Assembly: GCA_000092065.1 (NCBI GenBank)
Contig: CP000588.1
Strand: one strand, 5' to 3'
DNA length: 64,000 nt
Source of the DNA: Ostreococcus lucimarinus
Lineage: Eukaryota
In this document: in pieces, positions 19,686-29,698 of the stretch
Layout of the letters: the number at the start of each line of letters is the position of its first letter
Position numbering within the stretch: position 1 is the first letter of the stretch
Notes under the pieces: generated by a model
Databases searched by the model: none
The model's input: only the letters and a program-made list of their open reading frames with translations
What the model was told of the DNA's origin: nothing
Made by a program: the position numbers and the translations under genes

Positions 19686-22298
19686 ATGGCGCGCGCGACG
19701 GCGCGCGCGACGCGCGCGACGGCGTCCCGCGATGTCGCGCCGAGCGCCGAGCGCGCGCGCGCGCGATCGCGGACGCGCGGACGCGCGCGAGGACGCGAAG
19801 AGGGAATCGAAGCGGTCGTTGAAATGCGCGGCACGCACGCTTCGCGACGCGTTCGCGGCGTCGCGCGACGCGCGATGCGGCGCGCGGACGACGCGGACGA
19901 CGCGGACGCGTTTCTCGCGCTCGACGCGCTCGCGTCGAGCGCTTCACGGGACGAGGATGAAGACGCGAAGGGAAAGAAGATGCGCGCGGCGACGGCGGCG
20001 AGCGCGTGGGCGTTCGAAGACGACGACGACGGCGCGTTGGATTTCGATGACGACGACGTCAGCGATGGAGAGATGTCCGTGATGTCTCTCACGGCGTGGT
20101 TGACGGTGGTTGAACGGTTGAGCACGCTCGGGGCGGTGTCGAGCGGGTTGGCGTCGGTGGCGCTGCGGGAGGCGGCGCTGGGCGCGCTCGCGGGGACGCT
20201 GCCGCTGGTGGGAGCGCTGGCGCGGAGAACGAGGGAGCGACGGGTGAGGAAACGGCGAGCGGCGCTGGCGCTGGTGAGGAGAGATGAGATGCTGGCGTTG
20301 CGAGCGAAGGCGAGCCGGAACGTGACGATACGGGAGGCGACGGCGCAGGCGGCGCCGCTGGCGGCGGCGGCGGTGCGAAGAGACGTGACGCCCGCGCTCG
20401 AGGCGCTCGCGAATCGATTATCGAGCGTGGAACGAGCGCAAGTTGAAGCGGCGAAGACGGCGGCGGCGACAGCGCGAGATAGTGGAGCGGTGGCGGGGAT
20501 GTTGGCGAGAGACTTGGCCGCCGCGCGCGTGGACGCTCGGGAGGGAATCGCGAGCGTTCGCGACGAGTTTAGATCCACGGCGCAGAGCGCCACGGGGGAG
20601 TTGAAGAAGGAGATGACGATGCTGTGGGAACTCGTGGAAAACGTGGAAAAGGACACCGCAGGATTACGCGAACCCATGGAATCGCTTGCTGGGGAGATAC
20701 GTGACGTCGTCGAGGGAGTCGTGCGAGATTCTGACGCGACGAGCGCGGCGACGGCGACGCTGTCGAGCGAACAACTCGCCGAGCTGCGCACCGCCGTCGC
20801 CGATAGCACAAGCGCCAAAGTGCGCGAAGCGGTGGAGCAGTTGTTGGGATCTATCAATGCTGTGACGGCAGAGGATACTATAGTGCAGAGTCTGGCGTCT
20901 AAGCTCGATGAAAGTCAGTGGGAGGCGATGATTGGTCGTTTAGACGCCATCGACGCGGGCGTGAACGCGTCCGACCGCGTCGTCGAGGACGACTTGGAAG
21001 ACTTGCGAGTCGAGATACGCCAAGAAATTTCGCGGGACATTCAGGGCATCGTGGACAGTGTCGCCGATCTGAAAATGGCGCTGGAGACGTCGCAGCGACG
21101 AGACGAATCGTCCTCTGGTCGAGGCGCGGGCGGCGCCGAAGCGGCGGCGGCGGTGAAGCAGTGGGCGGAGGACAAGTTGAAAGCTGCCGAGCCCTCGTCC
21201 GAGGTGGAGGAACAGATGCAATGGCAGGCGGCCATCGTGTCCGACGAGGCGGCAGAGGAAGAATTGGTGTGGGTCGGTGAAAAGTCGACGCCCACTCGAG
21301 ATTCACCCAAGAAAAAGGCGATGAATGCCAACGTATCGCGAGAGGAGGCGTTTGCCAACATGCAAGCCTTGTTGAACTCAAAACCACCGCCTCCACCGAG
21401 TGAAGACGGGGAAGTTTCTTCTTCTGCTACCATCGATCCCGACGAAGAGGTTTGGGATCCCTTCGTCGGTGCTGCAGACGCAGAAAACGTGGCCAAGTAC
21501 GAAGCAGAACTGAAGGAGAAGATAGAATCCTCGGATACGCCCAACGAAATCGCGGAGAATTCTGAAAAGGGATTGACGGCTTTGCGCGCGGGGAGAGACG
21601 TGGCGCGACGCGCTGGAAACGACGTGGATATGCTCGAAGAAGGCGATGAGCTGTTTGCGGAATCGATTCAATTTTTAGAGCTCGCAGTGAGTGGAGACTC
21701 GTCGTCGCGCGCCGTCGGGAATTTAGGAAATGCGCACCTCGCACGAGGGCGCGTCCAAGCCGTGCTCGCCGAGCTCGCTTTACGCGAAGCGGCAAGCGCG
21801 CGCGATGCGCGCGTGAATGTCGGTTTGGATGGCACGGCGGAAATGTACTTGGAACTTGCAGAGGAAAATTTGGTCCAAGCAGGTCGATATTTTCGGGCGG
21901 CAATAGTCTCAGCAGAGGCGGAATCCGAGGAGATGAAGGTTTCTCCAGACGGCGTCGCGAGCGATACGAGCGGAATCAAAGCTAAAGCCCTCACGGGATG
22001 GGGCACCGCGTTGTCGCTCAGGAGCGAGTTGGTGCTCAGTAGTGAAGGCGCGACAATGGATGCTGAATCTCTCGCCGTTGCCGCGGCGGAAAAGTTCAAA
22101 GCCGCGGCGGCGATCGATCGCGATTCGCCAAAGATTTACGTCTCTTGGGGAGACGCGTTACGCCTGAGCGCGTCTCTCGGTGAAGTGAACGATGAAGAGG
22201 AGCGTTTACAACAAGCGAAAGGGTGTTACGGTGAGGCGTTACGTTTATCGCCAGACTACGCCCTGGCGCTCGAAGCTCTGCGCGATTTCGACCTTTAG
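19686..22298 (+). CDS. large coiled-coil protein with C-terminal TPR-like repeats, function unknown
   Basis: ATG verified at 19686; 870 aa. Arg-rich N-terminus, long Ala/Glu-rich helical region, C-terminal hairpin motifs VGNLGNAHLARG / TGWGTALSLRSE / YVSWGDALRLSA similar to those in the 5287..6630 gene. Stop at 22296-22298. Confidence 0.55.
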   Translation: MARATARATRATASRDVAPSAERARARSRTRGRARGREEGIEAVVEMRGTHASRRVRGVARRAMRRADDADDADAFLALDALASSASRDEDEDAKGKKMRAATAASAWAFEDDDDGALDFDDDDVSDGEMSVMSLTAWLTVVERLSTLGAVSSGLASVALREAALGALAGTLPLVGALARRTRERRVRKRRAALALVRRDEMLALRAKASRNVTIREATAQAAPLAAAAVRRDVTPALEALANRLSSVERAQVEAAKTAAATARDSGAVAGMLARDLAAARVDAREGIASVRDEFRSTAQSATGELKKEMTMLWELVENVEKDTAGLREPMESLAGEIRDVVEGVVRDSDATSAATATLSSEQLAELRTAVADSTSAKVREAVEQLLGSINAVTAEDTIVQSLASKLDESQWEAMIGRLDAIDAGVNASDRVVEDDLEDLRVEIRQEISRDIQGIVDSVADLKMALETSQRRDESSSGRGAGGAEAAAAVKQWAEDKLKAAEPSSEVEEQMQWQAAIVSDEAAEEELVWVGEKSTPTRDSPKKKAMNANVSREEAFANMQALLNSKPPPPPSEDGEVSSSATIDPDEEVWDPFVGAADAENVAKYEAELKEKIESSDTPNEIAENSEKGLTALRAGRDVARRAGNDVDMLEEGDELFAESIQFLELAVSGDSSSRAVGNLGNAHLARGRVQAVLAELALREAASARDARVNVGLDGTAEMYLELAEENLVQAGRYFRAAIVSAEAESEEMKVSPDGVASDTSGIKAKALTGWGTALSLRSELVLSSEGATMDAESLAVAAAEKFKAAAAIDRDSPKIYVSWGDALRLSASLGEVNDEEERLQQAKGCYGEALRLSPDYALALEALRDFDL

Positions 22299-22302
22299 GG
22301 TC

Positions 22303-22307
22303 TGTAA
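22303..22307 (+). promoter_or_regulatory. TGTAA poly(A)-signal-like motif 5 nt after the stop of the 19686..22298 gene
   Basis: tagggtcTGTAAttaaaactctg read directly. Confidence 0.4.
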
Positions 22308-22332
22308 TTAAAACTCTGAAATTAAAGCGCTC

Positions 22333-25300
22333 TCAACCGACGATCGTCGGAACGCCCGAAAAGTGATCGGGTTTAATTACCGGCGCACCGACGAGTGGGA
22401 TGAGCATGTACGACACGAACACATCCGGCCCGTATGTGTCCCAAGCGCGAAGTTCCAAATCCGCAGCCATAAAGGTGATGGTGTTCGCGGTTCCGGCTTG
22501 ACATTCGACAGCGATGGAGCGAGTGGGGTCCTTGTCGGTGTCGATTCGAACCGTCGCAAGGCATTGATAGTCGAGCCTGTTCAAGTTGTGCTCGAGCGTC
22601 ACGTTTGAAAACGTCTTTTTGCCGATCGGGAGAGGCTTCGGAAGTTGAATCTCGCCGGCGGCGAGAATGTCATTCGTCAACGACGGGGCGTTTGGCTTGA
22701 ACGCCGCGTACACGACGCGAATGTCGTTATCGCCCCAACCATGACCGTGGCTATCCGCGCGTCCGACGCGCACTCTGAACGTCCCACCTTTCGTGCTGAG
22801 TTTGAACACGTTGCACACAAACGTATCCGGCCAGTTGTTGGGCGTGTAAGTGTTGATCAAAATGACGGGATGCGCTCCAGTCGCCAAGCCTTTTTTGCTG
22901 TACGACTGCGTCGCGGGCAGCGTCTTCATCGAACTGCCCGAGTACCATGGTAGACTATGGAGCCTGGTATTGTGGTCGCCCATACCCACTACGATTCCTT
23001 GGCCGACGAGCTCGCTCAAGGTGAAGAGATACGCAACGTTCGCGTTTTGTAGCCATGGTTGACTTTTGCTCCTGTCCCACTGAGAGTGGACGTTCAGGCT
23101 GCGAGATGCCGCCCTCCACGCGTACCACGACACTTGACGAACGTCTTGTTTGATTTCGGCGCCGTACGCCGTTGCGATGAGGGAAAACTCTCCAACTGGG
23201 GCGCCCGGGTCGCCGGGGATCGACATCGTCACCTTGCCACTCCCGGATTTCGAAAGCGGCGCGGTGTACGTGTCCTGCGCCGATTCCGGCGTCACTTTGG
23301 TGGCGGTGGCGGGAATAGGATCGCCGCACACAGTATCATCACCGCTCGCATCCGCACCACCGAGAGCTTCTCGGCCGGACGCACACGGCGTGCACACGTG
23401 CGAAGAGACGTACTCGTGTGCGCCACACAAAACGGCGTCGCACGTCGTGTCCTCGCCGGTGTAATAGTCGCCGGGGCGATTGGTGGTTCCCGGGGGGCAG
23501 GGGACGCACGCGCCGTCCACGACGTGCTGATTCGTTTGGCACGCCGCGTTCTTGTCGAGCTGACACGTCGTATCATCACCCGAGGCGTCGCCGCCCGGAG
23601 CGACGGTGAAGCCCGGATCGCACGATACGCACGCGTGATCTTGCACGCGCTGATTGGCGAGGCACTGAATAGCTTTGCACGTTGTCGGCGCGCCGCTGGC
23701 GTCGGCGCCGGAGGCGCTGGTCATCCCCGGGTCGCACGGTACACACGCGTGATTCTCGTCGACGCGTTCGTTTGTCGCGCAAAGCGTCGCCGCACACGTC
23801 GTGTCGTCGCCGTTCGCGAGAGAGCCCGGCGGCGCCGTCGTTCCCGCAGCGCACGACGCGCACGTATTTTCCGTCACGTATTGATTCGCGATGCACACGA
23901 CGGGGTCGCATGTGGTATCATCGCCGCTTGCATCGTCTTGAGCGTCGTTCGTCGTCCCAGCTTCGCACGATACGCATTCATTGCCTGAGACTTTTTGGTT
24001 GACGCCGCAAAGGATCGCTTCGCACGTGGTGTCCGCGCCGAGCATGTAGTCACCGGCTTCATTCGACTCACCCGGCTCGCACGGCACGCACGCACCGCCA
24101 GACACGCGATGGTTTTCTTCGCAGAGCACGATGTCACATGTCGTGTCTTTCCCGCTCGCGTCATCGCCCGCAGCGTTTTCCATGCCAGCGTCGCACGGCA
24201 CGCACGCGTTGTCTTGAACTCGCATGTGGACGGGACAAAGCACCGGATCGCACGTCGTATCACCACCGCTCACCGGATCGTTATTGGCGTTCACCGTCCC
24301 GGGTGGGCACGCCTCGCACGCACCACTGAGAACTTTCATGTTAACGTGGCAGTAGAGGTCATCGCACGAGGTATCGCCTCCGGTCGGGGAATCTCCAGCT
24401 TCGTGAGATGCGTCGTCGGGACACTTATGACACACGGCTGACTCCACGGCTTCATTCGTGCCGCACATTTGGACGTCGCAATCCGTGTTGCCTAAAGCGG
24501 CGTTATCGCCGGCTTCGTTCGCAGAGCCGTCAAGGCACGCGACGCACGCGTGAGATATGACGTGCTGATTCAACCCGCAAATGATGGGATCGCACTCGGT
24601 ATCGCTGCCCGAAGCGTCGTCGCCGGCGTCGTTCGTCGTTCCAAGCGGACAACCCACGCATTGGTTGCCTAAGACTCTTTGATTGACGCCGCAGAGGATT
24701 GCGGGGCAGGTTGTGTCGGCGCTCGTCGTGATATCGCCAGCGGTTCGATGCGTCCCCGGCGCACAGTCGGTGCAGACGTGATTTTTGATATGCTGATTTT
24801 CTTCGCATATACCGTAATCACACGTAGTGTCATCACCCGTTGCGTCATCACCCGCGGCGTTCTCCGAGCCAGCCGGGCAAGGCACGCACGCGTTACCAAC
24901 CACTCGCATGTGTTCGGTGCAGAGCGTCGGCGTGCACGCAGTGTTGCCACCGGCGGCGTTTGCGCCAGAGGGCGATGTTGAACCGGCCGGACACGCGACG
25001 CACAAGTGGTTCTGAACCCGTTCGTTACTTCCGCACATGATCGCTTCACAATAAGTGTTTTGCCCGGAGGCGTCGTCGCCCGCAGCGTTCTCCGTCCCAG
25101 CCGCGCAGGCGCGACAGACGTGGTACGAGACTCGTTCGTGTTCGCCACAATACGTCGGGATACACGTCGTGTCTTCCGCCGACGCGATGTCTCCCATCGG
25201 TCGAGTTGTTCCCGCTGGACAGTTTCGGCAGATGTTGTTTCTGACGTACTGGTTGGACCCACAAACGATGTCGGTGCACTCAGTGTCGTCGCCGAACGCG

Positions 25301-26463
25301 TCGTCGCCCGCGGCGTTTTCTTTGCCAGGTTCGCATGGGACGCACACGTGGTTGGAAACTTTTTGATGGATTCCACACAACGTGTGATCGCAGGAACTAT
25401 CGGCTTCCATACAGCTGTCGCCTTGATCGTTCGTCGTGCCGGGCGGGCACGCCGCGCACTCGTGATTTTTCACGAGTTCGTTCGGACCGCATCGAATGGG
25501 AGCGCACTGTGAGTCCGGGCCCGCGGGTTGCGCTCCAGCGTAGTGCGTCGAACCGGGCGGACACGGCGTACACCTGTGTCCTTGCACGAACTCGTTGATC
25601 GCGCACACCGGACATTGCGGCGGCTGGTAGTCGGCGCACGCGTTCCCGCACGACCCCCACACGAAAGTGGTCTGACGCCCGTCGTAAATACGATTGAAAA
25701 ACGTCTCGTGCCCAGGATCGGGTTCGTCGTAATACACATCGAATCGCCGCACGCAATTCCCATCGTTGGTACCGGTGCCCACCAACGCGAGAGGCGCGGG
25801 CGAGAACTTTGGACTGCAACGATCCCAGTTGGGATCGCCGCCGCCTCCTTTGCCTTCGTCGCGGCATCCCGAGTCGCTCTGCGCGAATTCAAACTGTTCA
25901 TCGTACACCAACGTTTCGTTCGCATCGTTCTTGATCGGATACAGCCAGAAGTTCATCTGCACACCCGCGCGCAATCGTACCGTACCGGTGTACGTCCCGC
26001 ACCTGAGCGGATCTTCGCGCAAGTGGTGCGCCATCCTAAACGCCATCTCGTTATCGTGATCCTTCGTCGTCACCTTCGCCCCGACTCTGTGATGCCACGT
26101 CCCTGGATTCATTCGAATCATATCGTGCGGCGAACACGCCGTCAAGAGCGTGATTTTCACATCGCGTCCCGGTCGCCCGGCGCCCTCGCGAGCCTCCGCG
26201 CTCGACGGCGCCGCGAAGCCCGCCAACCACGACGACAGCGACGTCGACGACCCGCTCGCGCCGTTGCGGGACGTCGTCAGGCCACCGATGAGCGCGCCGA
26301 CGGCGACGAGCGTCGCGCCTATCGCGAGCTTCGTCGTCCACGCCTTCGAGCGATGATTCGGCCGGATCATCGCGGGGTGTTGGGCGCCTCCTTCGACGTC
26401 GTCGGCGGCGGCGCGCGACGCGCCCGCGAGCAGTGGCGCGCGTTCGGCACCGCGCGATGCCAT
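22333..26463 (-). CDS. giant type-II membrane protein with ~19 tandem four-cysteine repeats (GCC2/GCC3 ephrin-receptor-like) and a distinct C-terminal domain
   Basis: Single 1376-codon ORF; ATG verified at 26463. Short cytosolic tail, then a TM helix (LAIGATLVAVGALIGGL) and a ~230-aa Cys-containing domain. About 19 regular 38-aa units follow, of type C-x4-C-x-N/H-x2-V-x4-C-x2-C-P-x-G-[ST]-x-N-x-A-G-D-D-A-x-G-x-D-T-T, ending in a ~370-aa C-terminal domain (..WGDNDIRVVYAAFKPN..). Confidence 0.7.
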   Translation of the reverse strand: MASRGAERAPLLAGASRAAADDVEGGAQHPAMIRPNHRSKAWTTKLAIGATLVAVGALIGGLTTSRNGASGSSTSLSSWLAGFAAPSSAEAREGAGRPGRDVKITLLTACSPHDMIRMNPGTWHHRVGAKVTTKDHDNEMAFRMAHHLREDPLRCGTYTGTVRLRAGVQMNFWLYPIKNDANETLVYDEQFEFAQSDSGCRDEGKGGGGDPNWDRCSPKFSPAPLALVGTGTNDGNCVRRFDVYYDEPDPGHETFFNRIYDGRQTTFVWGSCGNACADYQPPQCPVCAINEFVQGHRCTPCPPGSTHYAGAQPAGPDSQCAPIRCGPNELVKNHECAACPPGTTNDQGDSCMEADSSCDHTLCGIHQKVSNHVCVPCEPGKENAAGDDAFGDDTECTDIVCGSNQYVRNNICRNCPAGTTRPMGDIASAEDTTCIPTYCGEHERVSYHVCRACAAGTENAAGDDASGQNTYCEAIMCGSNERVQNHLCVACPAGSTSPSGANAAGGNTACTPTLCTEHMRVVGNACVPCPAGSENAAGDDATGDDTTCDYGICEENQHIKNHVCTDCAPGTHRTAGDITTSADTTCPAILCGVNQRVLGNQCVGCPLGTTNDAGDDASGSDTECDPIICGLNQHVISHACVACLDGSANEAGDNAALGNTDCDVQMCGTNEAVESAVCHKCPDDASHEAGDSPTGGDTSCDDLYCHVNMKVLSGACEACPPGTVNANNDPVSGGDTTCDPVLCPVHMRVQDNACVPCDAGMENAAGDDASGKDTTCDIVLCEENHRVSGGACVPCEPGESNEAGDYMLGADTTCEAILCGVNQKVSGNECVSCEAGTTNDAQDDASGDDTTCDPVVCIANQYVTENTCASCAAGTTAPPGSLANGDDTTCAATLCATNERVDENHACVPCDPGMTSASGADASGAPTTCKAIQCLANQRVQDHACVSCDPGFTVAPGGDASGDDTTCQLDKNAACQTNQHVVDGACVPCPPGTTNRPGDYYTGEDTTCDAVLCGAHEYVSSHVCTPCASGREALGGADASGDDTVCGDPIPATATKVTPESAQDTYTAPLSKSGSGKVTMSIPGDPGAPVGEFSLIATAYGAEIKQDVRQVSWYAWRAASRSLNVHSQWDRSKSQPWLQNANVAYLFTLSELVGQGIVVGMGDHNTRLHSLPWYSGSSMKTLPATQSYSKKGLATGAHPVILINTYTPNNWPDTFVCNVFKLSTKGGTFRVRVGRADSHGHGWGDNDIRVVYAAFKPNAPSLTNDILAAGEIQLPKPLPIGKKTFSNVTLEHNLNRLDYQCLATVRIDTDKDPTRSIAVECQAGTANTITFMAADLELRAWDTYGPDVFVSYMLIPLVGAPVIKPDHFSGVPTIVG
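23430..25600 (-). repeat. in-frame coding tandem repeat, unit ~114 bp (38 aa), ~19 diverged copies
   Basis: Repeat units read from the translation (CDHTLCGIHQKVSNHVCVPCEPGKENAAGDDAFGDDTE; CTPTLCTEHMRVVGNACVPCPAGSENAAGDDATGDDTT; CDPVLCPVHMRVQDNACVPCDAGMENAAGDDASGKDTT ...). Boundaries are approximate (+/-60 bp). Confidence 0.7.
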
Positions 26464-26644
26464 CCTTAACTTTCTGACTTTTTTTGACGACGAGCGCGGT
26501 GTCGTCGCGCGCGCTTCGTTGTGAGGAAGGAAATTCTTTAGTGTTACACCGACAGCCTAAACCCCGTCGCGCCCGGGTGACGCTGAATTGCGACGGCGGT
26601 GCTGGTGAGAAAACGCGACTCGTTTGTCGATTATAATTCATCGA

Positions 26645-29497
26645 TTATAAAAAGCCTAACACGATGCGGTCGACAGGATCCATGGCGCGGAGACGACGTT
26701 TCGGAGGTACGCCGCCTTTTTCCATGGCGACGTCTCGAAGGCGAGCGGCGGCGCGGAGCGCGAATTTGCCGGCGGATTTGCGGACGAAGGCGGCGGGCCA
26801 ACCCATGGGAGTGTCAACAGTGATCCACGACCCTCGGCCACCTTCGTCAGAGCCGATGAGGTCGGGCTGCACGGGCGCTCTTTGCGTCGTCCAGGCGTCG
26901 ACCCACACGTCGCCGGGCGGAAGATAAACGTGCACGTGCGTGGCGCCTTTGTCCAACACGGGGGCGACGAGAATGTCTCGTCCGAGGAGGAATTGCGTGG
27001 CGATATTGGCGGCGTTGGTGTCGTATGGGTAGTGAATGATCATCGAACGAGTCATGGGGAGCCCCACGGCTTGGGCCTCTCGCATGAGCTCGACTTTGTA
27101 CGGCTTGAGCGCGACGTGAATATCCACGCAAAACTTCAAATGTTCCACCAACTCTGGCGTGTTCCATGGCTGTGCGTTGTGATGCGGGCGATTACCTTGG
27201 TGTGTGCGAAAAATCGCGTCGGCGAATGCGTTCAGCTCCATCCATCGCATCAGGAGTTCTTCCGAACGATGCTTGAGCGGGTGGGCGGTGTACCCTCCGA
27301 CGTCGCTGTGCGTCAACGTAAGACCGGACAATCCGCCTGATAATCCGCCGAGCACGGCTGTTTTGATGCCGTCGTACGCGTCCCATGAGACCATTTGATC
27401 GCCAAGCCAGAAAAGCGCGGAATGTTTCGGGGACTTCGTACTCGCACTGCGGCTCCAGAAGAAACCTGTGCCCTCGAGACCGGCTCGCCGCATCGCTCGT
27501 CGATTCACCTCTGCCCAATCCTCAGGATAACGATTATGCACTTCGATGGGCAACTCCCCTGAGTGCAAAACCGCGTCGAAAGGGAGATATTCACCAAAGT
27601 CCGCCATCCAGCCCATCGCGCCCGTCGTTTCCAGCATGTCGACAATGATATCCTCTATCCACGCCACGCACTCGGGATTGGACAAGTCGAGTAAACCGAA
27701 TGTCACGCCCGGTTCCGAGCCGAGTCTATATACTTCACCCTTGACATCGCGTACCATGTAGTTTTTCTCCTTCGCCTCTCTATAAAGTAATCCTTTGTCG
27801 GAATTCGCATCCATCAAGAAGGTATTGACGTATGTCAGAAGGTGCGTGCCGTTTGGTTTGATTTCCTCTCGCAGCGCGTCCCAATCCGTGTAGTGCGTCT
27901 CGTCGAGACGCCAATTCCACCACACGCGTTCAATCCCGATAGACGTGTTGCGCACGCCACCCCAGTCTTGGAGCCACAATCCAGCCACTTTCACACCGCC
28001 TTCGCCCAATGTTTTGTACACTTGACGTACTTTCTGTGGACCACCCGTCATGCCGAGAATGACGCCGTTCATCGCCCATTCCGGAAGCGACGTCATGCGT
28101 CCGGCATAATCAGTGTACGCCCGTAAAACGTCAGGAATGCTAGACCCACCGATTATTTGTCCGGTGATCAATCCACTCGGAGCCGCGGCGCGAATAACGA
28201 CACTTTCTTCCTCGGTGAAATCAAACTCGCTGTAGGTGTAATTCGTCAGAAACACCGATCGCGCCTTGTGCGTGATGTAATGCGGAATCGCCGTGTATGT
28301 CGTGTGCCAGGACCCAGCCGACCCTGGAAAGACGGAATTAAACATGAATGATAAAGGTTGCACTCCGCGACCCATGCCTTGTTCGCCCGTAATCACGGGC
28401 ACTCGACGCCCGCGATGATTGTACGAAGAAAATTGCTCGCCCAGCCCGTACACGCGCTCGTCTGGGTCCATGGCGTAGACGAAATCAAGCTGATTCAACC
28501 CGACCGTTCTTCGACGGCGACCGGCGCGAACGACGCCGGGAACTTCGTCGTCCCAATCGATCGCGAACGCCAATCGATCCTCCCCATCGCACTCTAACGT
28601 AAACTCGTACGAAGCTACGAGTTTACTCTGCGCGACGTACGCCTGCCTCTTCACCGTGCGCTCGCGTAAATGTGCGCTCAAATCCCCCAATTTCGTCAAC
28701 CATCGATCGAGTCTCGCGTCTTCTTTCACGAGTTTTCCTCGCATCACCAGCTTATTCGCCTGTGCGTCGTGCTCAATCTCATCTATCGTCTGTATGCTCG
28801 TCTTCAGAATAGCCTTCATGGTAATCTTAAAGTGCCCCGAGATTAACTGATGCACGCGGATCGGTCCATTCGCCACGCGCACGAAAGGTTTCCCCGGCAC
28901 TGTGCTCCACGCATCCCACGTCTTCTGTCCTTCGCACCCTTCACCTCGTCCTATTCGCATCATGCACCACACCGAATTCCGTTCTCGTCTCTCCGCGCCC
29001 CCCGCGTACGACGCTCGCAACGCGCGCGCCTCTCGATCCCACGACACCTTAAACCGCGTCCCCATCTCCCACGTCTCGCTCGCGACATCACTCACGATCG
29101 TCCCTTCCGTTCGCACCATGTGATACGCCCTACCGAACGCTGGAACGAGCACCGCGTACGCGAGCAGCACGAACGCGCTGCTAAAAATTGGCAACTTTGG
29201 CGCGTACACCGCGACGAATCGCGGCAACGCGCGCTGCACGCGCTTCACGGCGCGTTTCAGCGGCGAGGGCGGAGGCGACCGCGATTTCAGCCCCCCGCGC
29301 GCGCGCGTTTCCGACGTCGGCGGCCTTCGCGCGGTCGTTTTCGGTGCCGGAGACACCAAATTACCGGTTAGTTGCGAACGGTCATCCTCCGAGCGTTCGC
29401 GCGCGTCACCGCGCGCGCGAGGCTCGGACGGCGACGGGCCCGGCGTCGCGACGCGCGTTCTCGCGCGTTCTCGCGCGCGACCGCGACTCGGCGGCAT
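26645..29497 (-). CDS. glycoside hydrolase family 31 (alpha-glucosidase / YihQ-like) with N-terminal signal-anchor
   Basis: GH31 catalytic-region blocks (GVKVAGLWLQDWGG.., WMADFGEYLPFDAVLHSG, FFWSRSASTKSPKHSALFWLGDQMVSWD, HSDVGGYT). The track ORF starts at GTG 29686; in-frame ATG verified at 29497. A basic Pro/Arg-rich tail then a hydrophobic segment (LPIFSSAFVLLAYAVLVPAF) suggests a type-II membrane topology. Confidence 0.8.
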   Translation of the reverse strand: MPPSRGRARERARTRVATPGPSPSEPRARGDARERSEDDRSQLTGNLVSPAPKTTARRPPTSETRARGGLKSRSPPPSPLKRAVKRVQRALPRFVAVYAPKLPIFSSAFVLLAYAVLVPAFGRAYHMVRTEGTIVSDVASETWEMGTRFKVSWDREARALRASYAGGAERRERNSVWCMMRIGRGEGCEGQKTWDAWSTVPGKPFVRVANGPIRVHQLISGHFKITMKAILKTSIQTIDEIEHDAQANKLVMRGKLVKEDARLDRWLTKLGDLSAHLRERTVKRQAYVAQSKLVASYEFTLECDGEDRLAFAIDWDDEVPGVVRAGRRRRTVGLNQLDFVYAMDPDERVYGLGEQFSSYNHRGRRVPVITGEQGMGRGVQPLSFMFNSVFPGSAGSWHTTYTAIPHYITHKARSVFLTNYTYSEFDFTEEESVVIRAAAPSGLITGQIIGGSSIPDVLRAYTDYAGRMTSLPEWAMNGVILGMTGGPQKVRQVYKTLGEGGVKVAGLWLQDWGGVRNTSIGIERVWWNWRLDETHYTDWDALREEIKPNGTHLLTYVNTFLMDANSDKGLLYREAKEKNYMVRDVKGEVYRLGSEPGVTFGLLDLSNPECVAWIEDIIVDMLETTGAMGWMADFGEYLPFDAVLHSGELPIEVHNRYPEDWAEVNRRAMRRAGLEGTGFFWSRSASTKSPKHSALFWLGDQMVSWDAYDGIKTAVLGGLSGGLSGLTLTHSDVGGYTAHPLKHRSEELLMRWMELNAFADAIFRTHQGNRPHHNAQPWNTPELVEHLKFCVDIHVALKPYKVELMREAQAVGLPMTRSMIIHYPYDTNAANIATQFLLGRDILVAPVLDKGATHVHVYLPPGDVWVDAWTTQRAPVQPDLIGSDEGGRGSWITVDTPMGWPAAFVRKSAGKFALRAAARLRDVAMEKGGVPPKRRLRAMDPVDRIVLGFL

Positions 29498-29698
29498 CGC
29501 GCGCGTTCGCGCGCGCGTGTGACGCGCGAGGGGTCGGTCGGGCGGGCGGGCGGGCGGGCGGCGACGGCGCGAGGCGCGGCGAACGCGAAGAACGCGCGAC
29601 GATGCGCGCGTGACGACGCGACGACGCGCGCGCGCGGCGAGCGCGAAGAATAGTCGTATGCTTCTACGCGCGAGTGAATGAATCACACGGATGTGGAC

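Noticed and set aside
19004-20857. 617-aa minus-strand ORF spanning the CFIm25 start and the coiled-coil gene
   Set aside because: Ser/Ala/Arg/Gly homopolymer-like translation crossing two oppositely oriented real genes; not coding.
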